From NCBI GenBank assembly GCA_964563915.1, contig CAZLYW010000002.1, positions 1 through 59,686 of the forward strand: 59,686 nucleotides of DNA, written 5' to 3'. Below, piece by piece: positions 7,540 through 15,825 of the stretch (within the stretch, counting starts at the first letter, position 1; each line of letters begins with the position of its first letter). The position numbers and the translations under genes were made by a program. The stretch is from an uncultured Candidatus Peribacteria bacterium. GTDB taxonomy: Bacteria > Patescibacteriota > Gracilibacteria > Peribacterales > Peribacteraceae. The notes under the pieces were generated by a model. It was not told where the DNA came from. It made no database searches and saw only the letters and a program-made list of their open reading frames with translations.

Positions 7540-7757
7540 TACATGTCGGTGATGTCAGGGATCAGGATCCGTCTTGAGCAGGATCGTGTCAGCATATTCC
7601 CGATCTTCAGGACTGCAATAAACTGAAGTGCCACGATGGCAAGAAGTATGGTTGAGTAGTATTTTTGTTCGATAGGATATCAAGAATACATCGTTTATTG
7701 GTCGTTTACATCGTGTTCTATTCCATATGGATAAATAATTTATGCAAGCGCGATGCT

Positions 7758-8150
7758 TCATATTCCCGCGCCGATTCCTCCAATGTGCAGCATCCCCAAC
7801 TTCGGCAAGAAGATCATGCACAGGATCACCCCCCACGCGACAGCGCACACGAGCGAGGCTCCTGCGGCGATATCCTTGGTCGCTTTGATGGCGGGGGAGT
7901 GAATGCTCTGGGAATGGGCATCGAATGCATTGGTAAAACGTTCCAGTGCCGTATTGATCAGTTCCACTGACAGAAAGATGCCACCGCTGAAGATGATCAT
8001 TTCCCAATCGCGGAGAGTGATCTTCAGGAGACTGGCGATGACCAGTGACAGCACATAGAGGCCTGTGAAGAGACGGAGATTCCGCTCCGTTGCCAGAGCG
8101 TGGCGGAGTCCGGCACAGGCGAAGCGGAAGCTGCGGATGGAGGAGTGCAT
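7758..8150 (-). CDS. dgkA: diacylglycerol/undecaprenol kinase family membrane protein
   Basis: ~130 aa with three TM segments and DgkA-like motifs (R.F..A..G...A...E.N.R, SVELINTALE). Sits 5 nt downstream of glyA. Confidence 0.85.
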   Translation of the reverse strand: MHSSIRSFRFACAGLRHALATERNLRLFTGLYVLSLVIASLLKITLRDWEMIIFSGGIFLSVELINTALERFTNAFDAHSQSIHSPAIKATKDIAAGASLVCAVAWGVILCMIFLPKLGMLHIGGIGAGI

Positions 8151-8154
8151 AGGA

Positions 8155-9459
8155 TCAGACGGAGATGCCCGTGACGGGGAACTTTCTGCAGAACATGATC
8201 ACTTCATCGTGCAGTTTCTTCAATGCCGATTCATCCGTGCGTTTTTCAATGGCCGCAAACATGAATGTAACTAATTGTTCCGTATCTGCTTCCTTCATGC
8301 CGCGCGTAGTCATTGCGGGCGTTCCGAGGCGCAATCCGCTCGGTGAATACGGAGGCCGCGTATCGTCCGGAATAGGACTCTTACTCGCGGTGATGCCGAT
8401 GCGGTCGAAGAGTTCCTCGGCTTCCTTGCCCGGCATATTCCATGATTGAACGCAATCGATGACCATGAGGTGGTTATCCGTTCCGTTCGTGACCAGCTTG
8501 CATCCTCCTTCCATCAGTTTCTCGGACATGCGTTTAGCGTTCTTGAGAATCTGCTTCGCGTATTCCTTGAATGACGGTTGCATCGCTTCCCCGAGAGCAA
8601 CGGCGATCGCCGCCGTCTGATGCATGTGCGGCCCGCCCTGCAGGCCGGGGAACACGCTGCGGTCGACGAGCGTCGGGAGATTGTCGATGGTTTTCTCCGG
8701 GGCCTTGAGCGGATTCCCGACCGTTCCTTTGGTCATGATCATCGCGCCGCGCGGCCCTCGCAATGTCTTGTGTGTGGTGGTGGTCATCATCTGAAACCCG
8801 GCATCGAAGGGGTTCTTGAGGACTCCGGCTGCGATCAGTCCCGCGATGTGCGCCATATCGGCCATGGCCACGGCACCGACCTCATCGGCGATCGATTTGA
8901 ATGCGGTGTAATCGAGTTCCCGGGGGTACGCAGTAAATCCCGCCAGAATGATTTTCGGTCTCTCCTTTTTGGCGACTGCCCGCATCTGATCGTAATCAAT
9001 CTCGCCCGTTTCGATGTCCTTCATCTTGTACCGGACGAATCTGAAGAGTTTCGCCATGTGTGTGACGGGTGAACCGTGCGTCAGGTGGCCGCCGTGCGAG
9101 AGGTCCATGCCCAGGATCGTGTCGCCCGGCTCCATCCAGGCGAAGTACGCCGCAACGTTTGCCCCTGCGCCCGAGGACGGCTGCACGTTCGCGTGATCGC
9201 AGCGGAATATCTTCTTCGCGCGCTCGATCGCGAGCGTTTCCACCTGATCGGTGAATTCCTGTCCGCCGTAGTAGCGCTTCCCCGGATACCCTTCGGAGTA
9301 TTTGTTCGTGAAGGGGCTCCCCAGCGCTTCCAGGACGGCGGCCGACACGTAGTTTTCGGAGGCGATCAGTTCCACGCCGTTCTGTTCACGTTGCATTTCT
9401 CCTTTCACCGTCGCGAAAACGGCGGGATCGGCGGCCTGGAGGGCGGAGTAGGTGGGCAT
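8155..9459 (-). CDS. glyA: serine hydroxymethyltransferase
   Basis: VELIASENYVS, NKYSEGYPGKRYYGG, the TTTTHKTLRGPRG PLP-lysine motif. I chose the start at MPTYSALQ (ATG 9459); the upstream part of ORF 8155-9723 is non-homologous read-through. Confidence 0.95.
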   Translation of the reverse strand: MPTYSALQAADPAVFATVKGEMQREQNGVELIASENYVSAAVLEALGSPFTNKYSEGYPGKRYYGGQEFTDQVETLAIERAKKIFRCDHANVQPSSGAGANVAAYFAWMEPGDTILGMDLSHGGHLTHGSPVTHMAKLFRFVRYKMKDIETGEIDYDQMRAVAKKERPKIILAGFTAYPRELDYTAFKSIADEVGAVAMADMAHIAGLIAAGVLKNPFDAGFQMMTTTTHKTLRGPRGAMIMTKGTVGNPLKAPEKTIDNLPTLVDRSVFPGLQGGPHMHQTAAIAVALGEAMQPSFKEYAKQILKNAKRMSEKLMEGGCKLVTNGTDNHLMVIDCVQSWNMPGKEAEELFDRIGITASKSPIPDDTRPPYSPSGLRLGTPAMTTRGMKEADTEQLVTFMFAAIEKRTDESALKKLHDEVIMFCRKFPVTGISV

Positions 9460-10147
9460 GACTGGAGTATTCACGATTCGCGGACATTGGGCAATGCCGC
9501 CTAGGAATAGATTCCGGATTGCAACCGTAATTCTTGAGCGTATGTACTGCGCTCTTACACGCCAGCAGAAACATTTCGGAAACTTTTTGCGTTGAATGGT
9601 CCGGAATAGCATTGATCGATTCGTGCAGCACTCGTGCATAATCAGCGGTTTGTCCCTCCAATACTTGCAAAGCATGCAGCGTCGACTCCAATGGGTGGAT
9701 ATCTTCTGTCTTTCCGAATACATACTTCCAGGCCGCTTTCAGTATTCCCGGTTTTGGAGCCATTTTTTCGCGTTCGATTGTTTTTCCGATCTCTTTGATG
9801 CAATTCCCGATGCGGATGCGCGTGAGTTTTAACATTTCTTGGCACAGCAACAATATTTCCATCGTTTCCGTTGCCTGGTCTATTCGCACCAAGAGTTCAT
9901 CCGGTTCCCGGCTGACCATAGCGGCATCTCCAGCCGGCTGGAGCTCCATCGCGTTTTCTCCCGTCGGTGGCACGCCGTGGTGATCGCGCAACGTGTCGAG
10001 AAAGACCTTGAATTCCAGAATTTTCTCGTTGAAGTGGCGCTGCCTTGCCTGTGTATCGGTATCATCAATTCTCCCTGCCCCTCGGAATTCCTCCCAGTTG
10101 AATCGGGGATGGACGGGCGGTCCCATAGCAGAAGAGCATACGATCAT
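9386..10147 (-). CDS. hypothetical protein (orphan, lower GC)
   Basis: Open frame with no recognisable motif and visibly more AT-rich than its neighbours. Its 3' end overlaps the glyA start by 74 nt in another frame. ATG at 10147 (the ORF-track start at 10162 is TTG). Confidence 0.45.
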   Translation of the reverse strand: MIVCSSAMGPPVHPRFNWEEFRGAGRIDDTDTQARQRHFNEKILEFKVFLDTLRDHHGVPPTGENAMELQPAGDAAMVSREPDELLVRIDQATETMEILLLCQEMLKLTRIRIGNCIKEIGKTIEREKMAPKPGILKAAWKYVFGKTEDIHPLESTLHALQVLEGQTADYARVLHESINAIPDHSTQKVSEMFLLACKSAVHTLKNYGCNPESIPRRHCPMSANREYSSHAHLLRPPGRRSRRFRDGERRNAT

Positions 10148-10174
10148 CGATGCTCCTGTCAATTTCCCTCCGGC

Positions 10175-10753
10175 TCACCTCGTTTTCATGAATCCCCGCG
10201 CCGTCACAATCGCATCCACCGTCTCATCGTGCGCTTCCATCGGGATCTCCTGCACGATCTGGCATTCCAGCGCGACGCCCCAGAATTGCACGCGCGTCGA
10301 AGACGCGCGCTGTTTCCGGATCCAGATGTCGTAGCCGCCGTTGCCGCGGCCGAGGCGGTTGCCGTTGCGGTCGAACGCTCGTCCGGGGATGAGGGCGATT
10401 GCGAGATCCTGCGGGTCCAGCTCGCTGGAAGACCGCGGCGGTTCGGGAATGCCGAAGTCGCCGGGTACCATATCTTCCATGGACGTCATTTCCCGGAAGA
10501 CCAATTTCCCGCCGTCGTGCGCGGGCAAGAAGATCCGGTCGCCGCGCTTCTGCAGTTTCCCGAGGAGCGGGAGAATGTCGGCTTCACCGGAGAGAGGGGA
10601 GTAGGCGCAGAGGGTGAGGGGAGCAGGAGGCAGTGCTTCCAGGATTCTTCTACAGAGTGAACGGCTCTCGGCGGAGCGGTCTTTTGGGGAAAGACGATCC
10701 AGACGGTCTTTGATTGCCTGACGGAGGTCAGCTTTGGCTGCGCGGGGGTCCAC
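10175..10753 (-). CDS. 5-formyltetrahydrofolate cyclo-ligase
   Basis: ~190 aa with family motifs (AYSPLSGEADILPL, LIPGRAFDRNGNRLGRGNGGYD, EAHDETVDAIVT). GTG start. Confidence 0.9.
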   Translation of the reverse strand: MDPRAAKADLRQAIKDRLDRLSPKDRSAESRSLCRRILEALPPAPLTLCAYSPLSGEADILPLLGKLQKRGDRIFLPAHDGGKLVFREMTSMEDMVPGDFGIPEPPRSSSELDPQDLAIALIPGRAFDRNGNRLGRGNGGYDIWIRKQRASSTRVQFWGVALECQIVQEIPMEAHDETVDAIVTARGFMKTR

Positions 10754-10754
10754 G

Positions 10755-10824
10755 AGAGAATTATGAATTATGAATCAAGAATGAAGAATAGTCGTAATTC
10801 ATAATTCTTCATTCTTTATTCTTC
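10755..10824. repeat. AT-rich word-built palindromic element in the dnaX/cyclo-ligase spacer
   Basis: There are two perfect helices. GAATTATGAATTA (10758-70) pairs with TAATTCATAATTC (10795-807). AAGAATGAAGAA (10777-88) pairs with TTCTTCATTCTT (10805-16). They are interleaved in a 1:3 / 2:4 order. Confidence 0.8.
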
Positions 10825-12355
10825 AGAATACTTCAGCTGCCGCTTCCGCCAGATTCACCATCTCCCTATCCGGCTCTGCGGCCGGCCCTTTCTCCTCTTC
10901 CTCCAGGATGCACTCGAGGCGCAGCTGCCGCTTGAAAATCTTCTCGAGGATCTGCTCGATGGCGCGAGAAGCGTCGGTCTTGGCGACTTTATCGCGGTGA
11001 AACGCCGAGGCGAAGCCGAGGGTGATCTTGTTTCCGCCCAGGGCGTGCACGTGGCCGTTCTTCAGCGACATCTTCAGTGAGGGAGGAGAGAGGTCGCGGA
11101 GGACGGAGGGCCAGCATTCCCGCACAGCAGTCATCGTCCATTCCGGGGCCTCCACGATCGCTTCAGTTGGCGCTGCCCCTTCCGGAGTCACGGGACCGGG
11201 ACCCGCCTTCGCTCCTGCGGGAGCTTCCCCCTTCACCCTTCGGGCTTCGGGGGACAGGCCGGCGGGCAGGCCGGGGACGGGGACGGGGTCAGGAGTTTTA
11301 GCTGCCGGTTTTTTGCCGAATAGGCGGGTTTTCGGTTCGGCGGCCGGTTCACCGGCACCCTCGCAGAGCGAGAGGAGTGCGGCTTCGAGGACTAATCCCG
11401 GCACGGGCGCGATGCGCATCTCCCGCAGGGTGTCGAGCAGCAGCGTGAGAGTGTGAGCGGGCGCCGCGATGGGCCGGCCCTCGTCGATCGCTCGGTGCAT
11501 CTGCGCGCGGATCTCTCCGAGGAGCATGCGGGTGACCGATTCCAGCGACATACCCGCACTCTCCATCGTCCGCACCAGATCGAGTACGGCCTTGCGGTCG
11601 AGCGCGTCGATCGCGGCCAGCATCTGCTCCACGATCTCGTGCCCGCTCTCACCGGTTCGCTCCTTCACGTCGTCGATGCCGATCTTCGGCAGCGAACGGA
11701 GTTGATCCAGAAGCGAAATCGCGTCCCGCACGGCGCCGTCGGCGTGGTGGGCGATCGCCCGCAGGGCCGTGCGATCCACCGTGACGTGCTCCTGATCGGC
11801 GATGAATTGCAGCCGGCGGATGATGTCCTCCTCGGGGACTTGCCGGAAGGCGAAGCGCTGGCACCGCGATTGGATGGTCGCCGGGATCTTCTGGAGTTCG
11901 GTCGTCGCGAGGATGAAGTACGCGTACGGAGGCGGTTCCTCGAGCGTTTTGAGGAGCGCGTTGAATGCCTCCTTCGTCAGCATGTGCACTTCGTCAATGA
12001 TGTAGACCTTGGCGACGGATGCGACCGGCGAAAATTGGATCTTCTCGACGAGGTTGCGAATGTCGTCGATGCCGCGGTTGCTGGCCCCGTCGATTTCGAC
12101 CAAGTCGACGAGGGAACCGTCATCCACCGCCGTCCGGATCTGCTCCGCGAGTTTTTCGTCCGCCATCCCCTGCGTGAGCATTGCCTTCGCGAGGATCCGC
12201 GCGACGGAGGTCTTGCCCGTCCCGCGCGAGCCGGCGAAGAGGTAGGCGTGCGTCAGCTTCTCCTGCGCCACCGCACTCTCGAGTGTCGAGACGATGTGAT
12301 CCTGTCCGACGACGTCGGCGAAGATTTTGGGGCGGTAGGTGCGGTAGAGGGACAT
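10823..12355 (-). CDS. dnaX: DNA polymerase III subunit gamma/tau
   Basis: MSLYRTYRPKIFADVVGQDHI...AYLFAGSRGTGKTS...IIDEVHML. I chose the start at ATG 12355 inside the longer ORF 10823-12679. Confidence 0.95.
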   Translation of the reverse strand: MSLYRTYRPKIFADVVGQDHIVSTLESAVAQEKLTHAYLFAGSRGTGKTSVARILAKAMLTQGMADEKLAEQIRTAVDDGSLVDLVEIDGASNRGIDDIRNLVEKIQFSPVASVAKVYIIDEVHMLTKEAFNALLKTLEEPPPYAYFILATTELQKIPATIQSRCQRFAFRQVPEEDIIRRLQFIADQEHVTVDRTALRAIAHHADGAVRDAISLLDQLRSLPKIGIDDVKERTGESGHEIVEQMLAAIDALDRKAVLDLVRTMESAGMSLESVTRMLLGEIRAQMHRAIDEGRPIAAPAHTLTLLLDTLREMRIAPVPGLVLEAALLSLCEGAGEPAAEPKTRLFGKKPAAKTPDPVPVPGLPAGLSPEARRVKGEAPAGAKAGPGPVTPEGAAPTEAIVEAPEWTMTAVRECWPSVLRDLSPPSLKMSLKNGHVHALGGNKITLGFASAFHRDKVAKTDASRAIEQILEKIFKRQLRLECILEEEEKGPAAEPDREMVNLAEAAAEVF

Positions 12356-12370
12356 GGACCGACAGTATAC

Positions 12371-12448
12371 GCAAACGAGGAAAACGAAGAAATACGATGC
12401 AAATGATGATTCCTCGGTTTCTTCGTTTGTGTTGTTTGCTTCGCTTGC
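12371..12448 (-). repeat. ~80-nt leader element, copy 2 (inverted; upstream of dnaX)
   Basis: The reverse complement aligns end to end with 4081-4160 (same purine arm with GAGG words, ATC.TC centre, and pyrimidine arm with CCTCGTTT). It ends ~15 nt from the dnaX ATG. Confidence 0.75.
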
Positions 12449-12473
12449 TTTCAATCCTCTATGCTCAAAGCCT

Positions 12474-13064
12474 ATGAAACGCCCTCTCTCACTCTTCGGT
12501 CTCACTCTCTTCCTGATAGCGTGTGTCGATACCACGGGTATTTCGCCAAATTCGAGCAAACAGCCCAAGGGCAATCCGCAGTCAATCGTGCTTGTCACCG
12601 AGTACGCCGACCTCGAGTGCCCCGCGTGCCGCACCGCCCATACGGCCATCGTGAAGCCGCTCCTCGAGAAGTACGGCACGCAGGTCCGCTTCGATTTCCG
12701 GCATTTCCCCCTCCGGTCGCTGCACCGCTACACCATGGATCTCGCCGAAGTGGCCGAGTGTGCCGCCGACCAGGGGAAATTCTGGGAGTACGTCGATACC
12801 GCGTTCGAGAAGCAGCCGGATCTGAAAACCGGCAGCGCGCAGTTCTGGGGCGAAGAACTCGTCGCCGATACAAACCTCTTCTCCCGCTGTACGCGGTCGC
12901 ACATCAAGAAGGACGCGATCATGGCTGACTACGATGCCGGAATCGCGATGGGTGTCCAGGGGACGCCGACGTTCTTCGTCAACGGCAAGCAGACCCCGGC
13001 GACTGTAGACGATCTCTCCGCGGCGATTGAGGGGCAGCTGAAGGGAGCGACGCAGAGGTTGTGA
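12474..13064 (+). CDS. DsbA-family thiol:disulfide oxidoreductase lipoprotein
   Basis: Lipobox LFLIAC, a CPAC active site, a late GTPTFFVNG motif. ATG at 12474 inside ORF 12354-13064. Confidence 0.85.
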   Translation: MKRPLSLFGLTLFLIACVDTTGISPNSSKQPKGNPQSIVLVTEYADLECPACRTAHTAIVKPLLEKYGTQVRFDFRHFPLRSLHRYTMDLAEVAECAADQGKFWEYVDTAFEKQPDLKTGSAQFWGEELVADTNLFSRCTRSHIKKDAIMADYDAGIAMGVQGTPTFFVNGKQTPATVDDLSAAIEGQLKGATQRL

Positions 13065-13087
13065 TGCCTTCCTCATGCCCTCACCCG

Positions 13088-13229
13088 CCCCGCACCACGC
13101 GCTTCGCTTGGGTGCGGGGCACCCTCTCCCGTTCCTTCGCTTCCTTCGACCCATTCGATTCCTCAGGGTCGCCCCGAGCGCAGCCAAGGGGCAACAAGCT
13201 CAGGGCAGGTCGCTCAGGATGGGAGAGGG
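13088..13229. repeat. GC-rich REP-like palindromic element cluster
   Basis: CCCCGCACC (13088-96) pairs with GGTGCGGGG (13111-19). CCCTCTCCC (13122-30) pairs with GGGAGAGGG (13221-29). It contains the family words TTCGAC and AAGCTCAGGGCAGG, which are also seen at 3181-3260, 31575-31600, 48673-48716 and 49331-49410. Confidence 0.6.
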
Positions 13230-13246
13230 AGTAAAACCCGGAAGGG

Positions 13247-13837
13247 TTATTTGCTCAACTGGGCGAACCCAATCAGCCGATCCAATGTGGTGTCGTACAG
13301 CACCACCGTCCGGAAGCTAGGGCTGTTTTTGCCTTCGGGGATCGCGTACTCCTGCGCGCCGAAGGCTGTCTGGAGCAAGCCGAGATCGAGGCTCGTCGAG
13401 TCCGGGAATGCCGCATCGCGCGGGTCAATCACGACGGTGAGGTAGACGTGGACGGAGGGGTTGGGGTTCGTCAGGAAGCTGACACCGAAGGAGAGCGTGT
13501 TTCCGCGGAGGAGCGCTTCACCCATTGCCGTTTCGTACGCCGTCGGCTGCAGGAACATCCCGGAGATGCCTTCATTCTTGAGCGCTCGCGCCTCCGCGAC
13601 GCGGTCCAGAGCGCGGAGCCGCGCTTCGTCGATGACTGCCATCTTCACGGCGTCCTGTGTGATCGGATCCTGGAAGCGGACGAGATCGGCCATGTGCTCG
13701 GTCAATTCGCCCCAGTACCGCTCGGCGACGAGGGGATTATGGAGGCGTTCCTGGAGCGGCATGCCGATGGGGCCGGAGGGTGCGCTGGCACATGCAGCGA
13801 TGAGCAGGAGGGCGGTGAAGGAGAGAAAGCGTTTCAT
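13247..13837 (-). CDS. lipoprotein, possibly with a DM13-like C-terminal beta domain
   Basis: MKRFLSFTALLLIAAC lipobox. The C-terminal GNTLSFGVSF...PSVHVYL...FRTVVLYD resembles DM13 domains, but the assignment is tentative. Confidence 0.55.
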   Translation of the reverse strand: MKRFLSFTALLLIAACASAPSGPIGMPLQERLHNPLVAERYWGELTEHMADLVRFQDPITQDAVKMAVIDEARLRALDRVAEARALKNEGISGMFLQPTAYETAMGEALLRGNTLSFGVSFLTNPNPSVHVYLTVVIDPRDAAFPDSTSLDLGLLQTAFGAQEYAIPEGKNSPSFRTVVLYDTTLDRLIGFAQLSK

Positions 13838-13907
13838 GGTGAAAGGAGTATAGAGAGAGGATGCAGGATTCAACAATCAGGATTCAGGGTGCTTGAAGCA
13901 GATGTTT

Positions 13908-15731
13908 TCAGTTCATAGATGGCAGTGGTATGCGAGTCGCTCTCTTTGCCGGAACAGCTGTCGCGGCTCCATCGTTCCCAAATGCATTGTCGTAGTATCC
14001 GATGCCCAGATCTTGCATTTTCCGCGCCAGTTTCTTCATGCGAGGATGAATATTCTGCACGACATTCAATTGATCAGCGTACGGAACGCCTTCGGGAATT
14101 AAACTTGCCCAATACCAGTAATCTTTAATGTTCGCCTGTTTGTGGACTTGTCTCATTTGCGTCGGCGCACTCTCTTTTTTGACAAATTGGAACAAAGCTC
14201 CTTTCACTCCCGCCTGGTAGCGAACTGCCGATTCGGTGTTCGTATCTTCTTTCACGCTGACCGCTTCGTGACCCCTGCGCTTATGCCCCTGTCTGATATA
14301 TTTTCTTGTGTCATCCTTTGCCTGCTTCTCGAGTGTCCTCTCCTTCTGATCATCGAGAAAATTATGTTGGTAGCACCAGATTCGGTTGAAGACGATTGTC
14401 GTCAGAGCCCAAAGCGTCTGGTAATCGCCGTAGCGCAGTGCTTCTTCATAGAAAGGAACCATGGGAGAGGGAATTTGCGCGAGCAGTGCACGCATTTCTT
14501 TCCGGAGTTCCAGCGCCGTTTCGGGAATTGTTCCTGCGGGAGGCCGATCCTCCTGTTTCTGGTGTTCCCGCAAAAATTTCTTCAGGGATTCCAATTTGGT
14601 TTTCTGTTCCAGAGTCATCGGCTTCGCCATGGCGTGAGTGAGGAGATCTTCTGCGGAATCCCAATCCTGCGCCGCGAGCTCGTGTCGTATCTTCAGAACA
14701 TCCTCATTCTGATGCTTGATTTGCTCAAAGCTGTTTTCCGCTTCGCTGAGGTAGGCTTTACGCTGCTCGAACCGCCAGTTTAAAAAGACTTCCAATGTTA
14801 CAAAATGAAAGCCGCGCGGCGTGCCCTTGTTCTGCCGTTTGTGTTCGATGGTGCGGAAGTGCGTGCTCGCTTCGCTCCAGTTTGCGATCAAGCGATTGAG
14901 TGTCATCCTCTTGCCGCCGATCGTGCTGCCCTGCCCTTGAATGAATGCCTCGATGGTTTCGCACGACGCGCCGCTCTTGAAGATGCGGTCGAGCCAGACG
15001 CCGATTTTGTTCCAGCTGAGCGCCTTATTGCGTGCAGCTCCCTCGAGCATGTATTTCGCTTTTGCGTGCAGTTGCGGCATTTGCTGCGCCTTCACCGACA
15101 GTGCTGCCTGGACCGCCGCCACGAGATTCTCGCGCTCCTCGAATGGACGGTTGAGGAAGTCTTCCTCGTTGAGGAAGATATTGAGATTTTTGACGTTGCT
15201 TCCGCTGAGTGTTTTTATCAAGGGGTTGTCCAGCAGCTTCTTCCGTTCAGTCGCGACCTTCTCCCAGTTCTTCAGGAACTTCGGGAATTTTTCCGGGTCT
15301 TCAATGAACACCTTTTTCTGATAGTAGTACGCATTGTCCGTCGCGAGACGTTGCATCCACCGAGCAACGCTTCTTCTGCCGATCCATTTCTGAGCAATGG
15401 CGTTTTCAAGCTGCGAGCGAAATTTTCTCTCCAGGGCAGGAACCTCACGTTCCATTTCGGGCAAAAATCTGTCGAGGTTTTCCTGTAGCGCTTTGATTTT
15501 ATCTTCGAAGCTGACTTTCCCTGATATCGCAAGCGCCTCTTCCGAGAAGACATCGCGCTCATACACCTGCACGTCTGCTTTGCTCAGGGTGTTTGGGTTG
15601 GCAGCGACGAGTGTCAGTACCCGACTCATACAGCGCCTCTGCAGTCGCTCGAATGTTCTCTGTTGATCTATAAGCGAAGCGCCGTAGCCTCCTTGTATGC
15701 CGTCGAGCGTTTCCTGATAGGTCTTACCCAT
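13908..15731 (-). CDS. hypothetical 607-aa helical protein (orphan, lower GC)
   Basis: Long clean ORF with an ATG start and a Lys/Glu/Gln-rich all-helical look. The motif (F..FL.NW) recurs three times. No known domain recognised. Confidence 0.6.
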   Translation of the reverse strand: MGKTYQETLDGIQGGYGASLIDQQRTFERLQRRCMSRVLTLVAANPNTLSKADVQVYERDVFSEEALAISGKVSFEDKIKALQENLDRFLPEMEREVPALERKFRSQLENAIAQKWIGRRSVARWMQRLATDNAYYYQKKVFIEDPEKFPKFLKNWEKVATERKKLLDNPLIKTLSGSNVKNLNIFLNEEDFLNRPFEERENLVAAVQAALSVKAQQMPQLHAKAKYMLEGAARNKALSWNKIGVWLDRIFKSGASCETIEAFIQGQGSTIGGKRMTLNRLIANWSEASTHFRTIEHKRQNKGTPRGFHFVTLEVFLNWRFEQRKAYLSEAENSFEQIKHQNEDVLKIRHELAAQDWDSAEDLLTHAMAKPMTLEQKTKLESLKKFLREHQKQEDRPPAGTIPETALELRKEMRALLAQIPSPMVPFYEEALRYGDYQTLWALTTIVFNRIWCYQHNFLDDQKERTLEKQAKDDTRKYIRQGHKRRGHEAVSVKEDTNTESAVRYQAGVKGALFQFVKKESAPTQMRQVHKQANIKDYWYWASLIPEGVPYADQLNVVQNIHPRMKKLARKMQDLGIGYYDNAFGNDGAATAVPAKRATRIPLPSMN

Positions 15732-15825
15732 AGGGGACTGTTATTCTACGGAGCAAGCTCGCTCCAGCCAAGCAGCCTTTGCTTGACCCTTCGCTTCGCT
15801 CAGGGTGACAATGCCTTCCCGATCT

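Noticed and set aside
7020-7560. RNase P RNA, tmRNA, SRP RNA or 6S RNA as the identity of the structured spacer.
   Set aside because: I looked on both strands for GAGGAAAGUCC plus ACAGAA.CCGGCUUA (RNase P P4), a tRNA-like GGGG 5' end with a TTCGA.TCC...CCA 3' end and an alanine-rich tag frame (tmRNA), and GUCAGGUCCGGAAGGAAGCAGC (SRP). None is present, apart from an isolated CCGGCTT on the minus strand. A covariance-model scan is still needed.
9460-9723. N-terminal extensions suggested by the ORF track for glyA. The same applies to dnaX (to 12679), proA (to 44950), MDD (to 39020), idi (to 41303), HMGS (to 36165), hicB, the PrgI-like gene and the four-helix-bundle gene.
   Set aside because: Homology starts at an internal ATG in every case. 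The upstream parts are low-complexity read-through of spacers or of neighbouring genes and often begin at non-ATG codons.
10755-10824. CRISPR array as an interpretation of the AT-rich and GC-rich short repeats (also 29667-29759, 35022-35057, 48673-48716).
   Set aside because: There are no regularly spaced identical repeats separated by unique spacers. Each locus is a single palindrome or a run of 6-8-nt words. No cas genes are present.
11309-11314. A6 run in dnaX (GGC AAA AAA CCG) as a programmed frameshift or slippage site producing a gamma subunit.
   Set aside because: It is not an X XXY YYZ heptamer in the zero frame, the run is short, and I see no downstream stem-loop.
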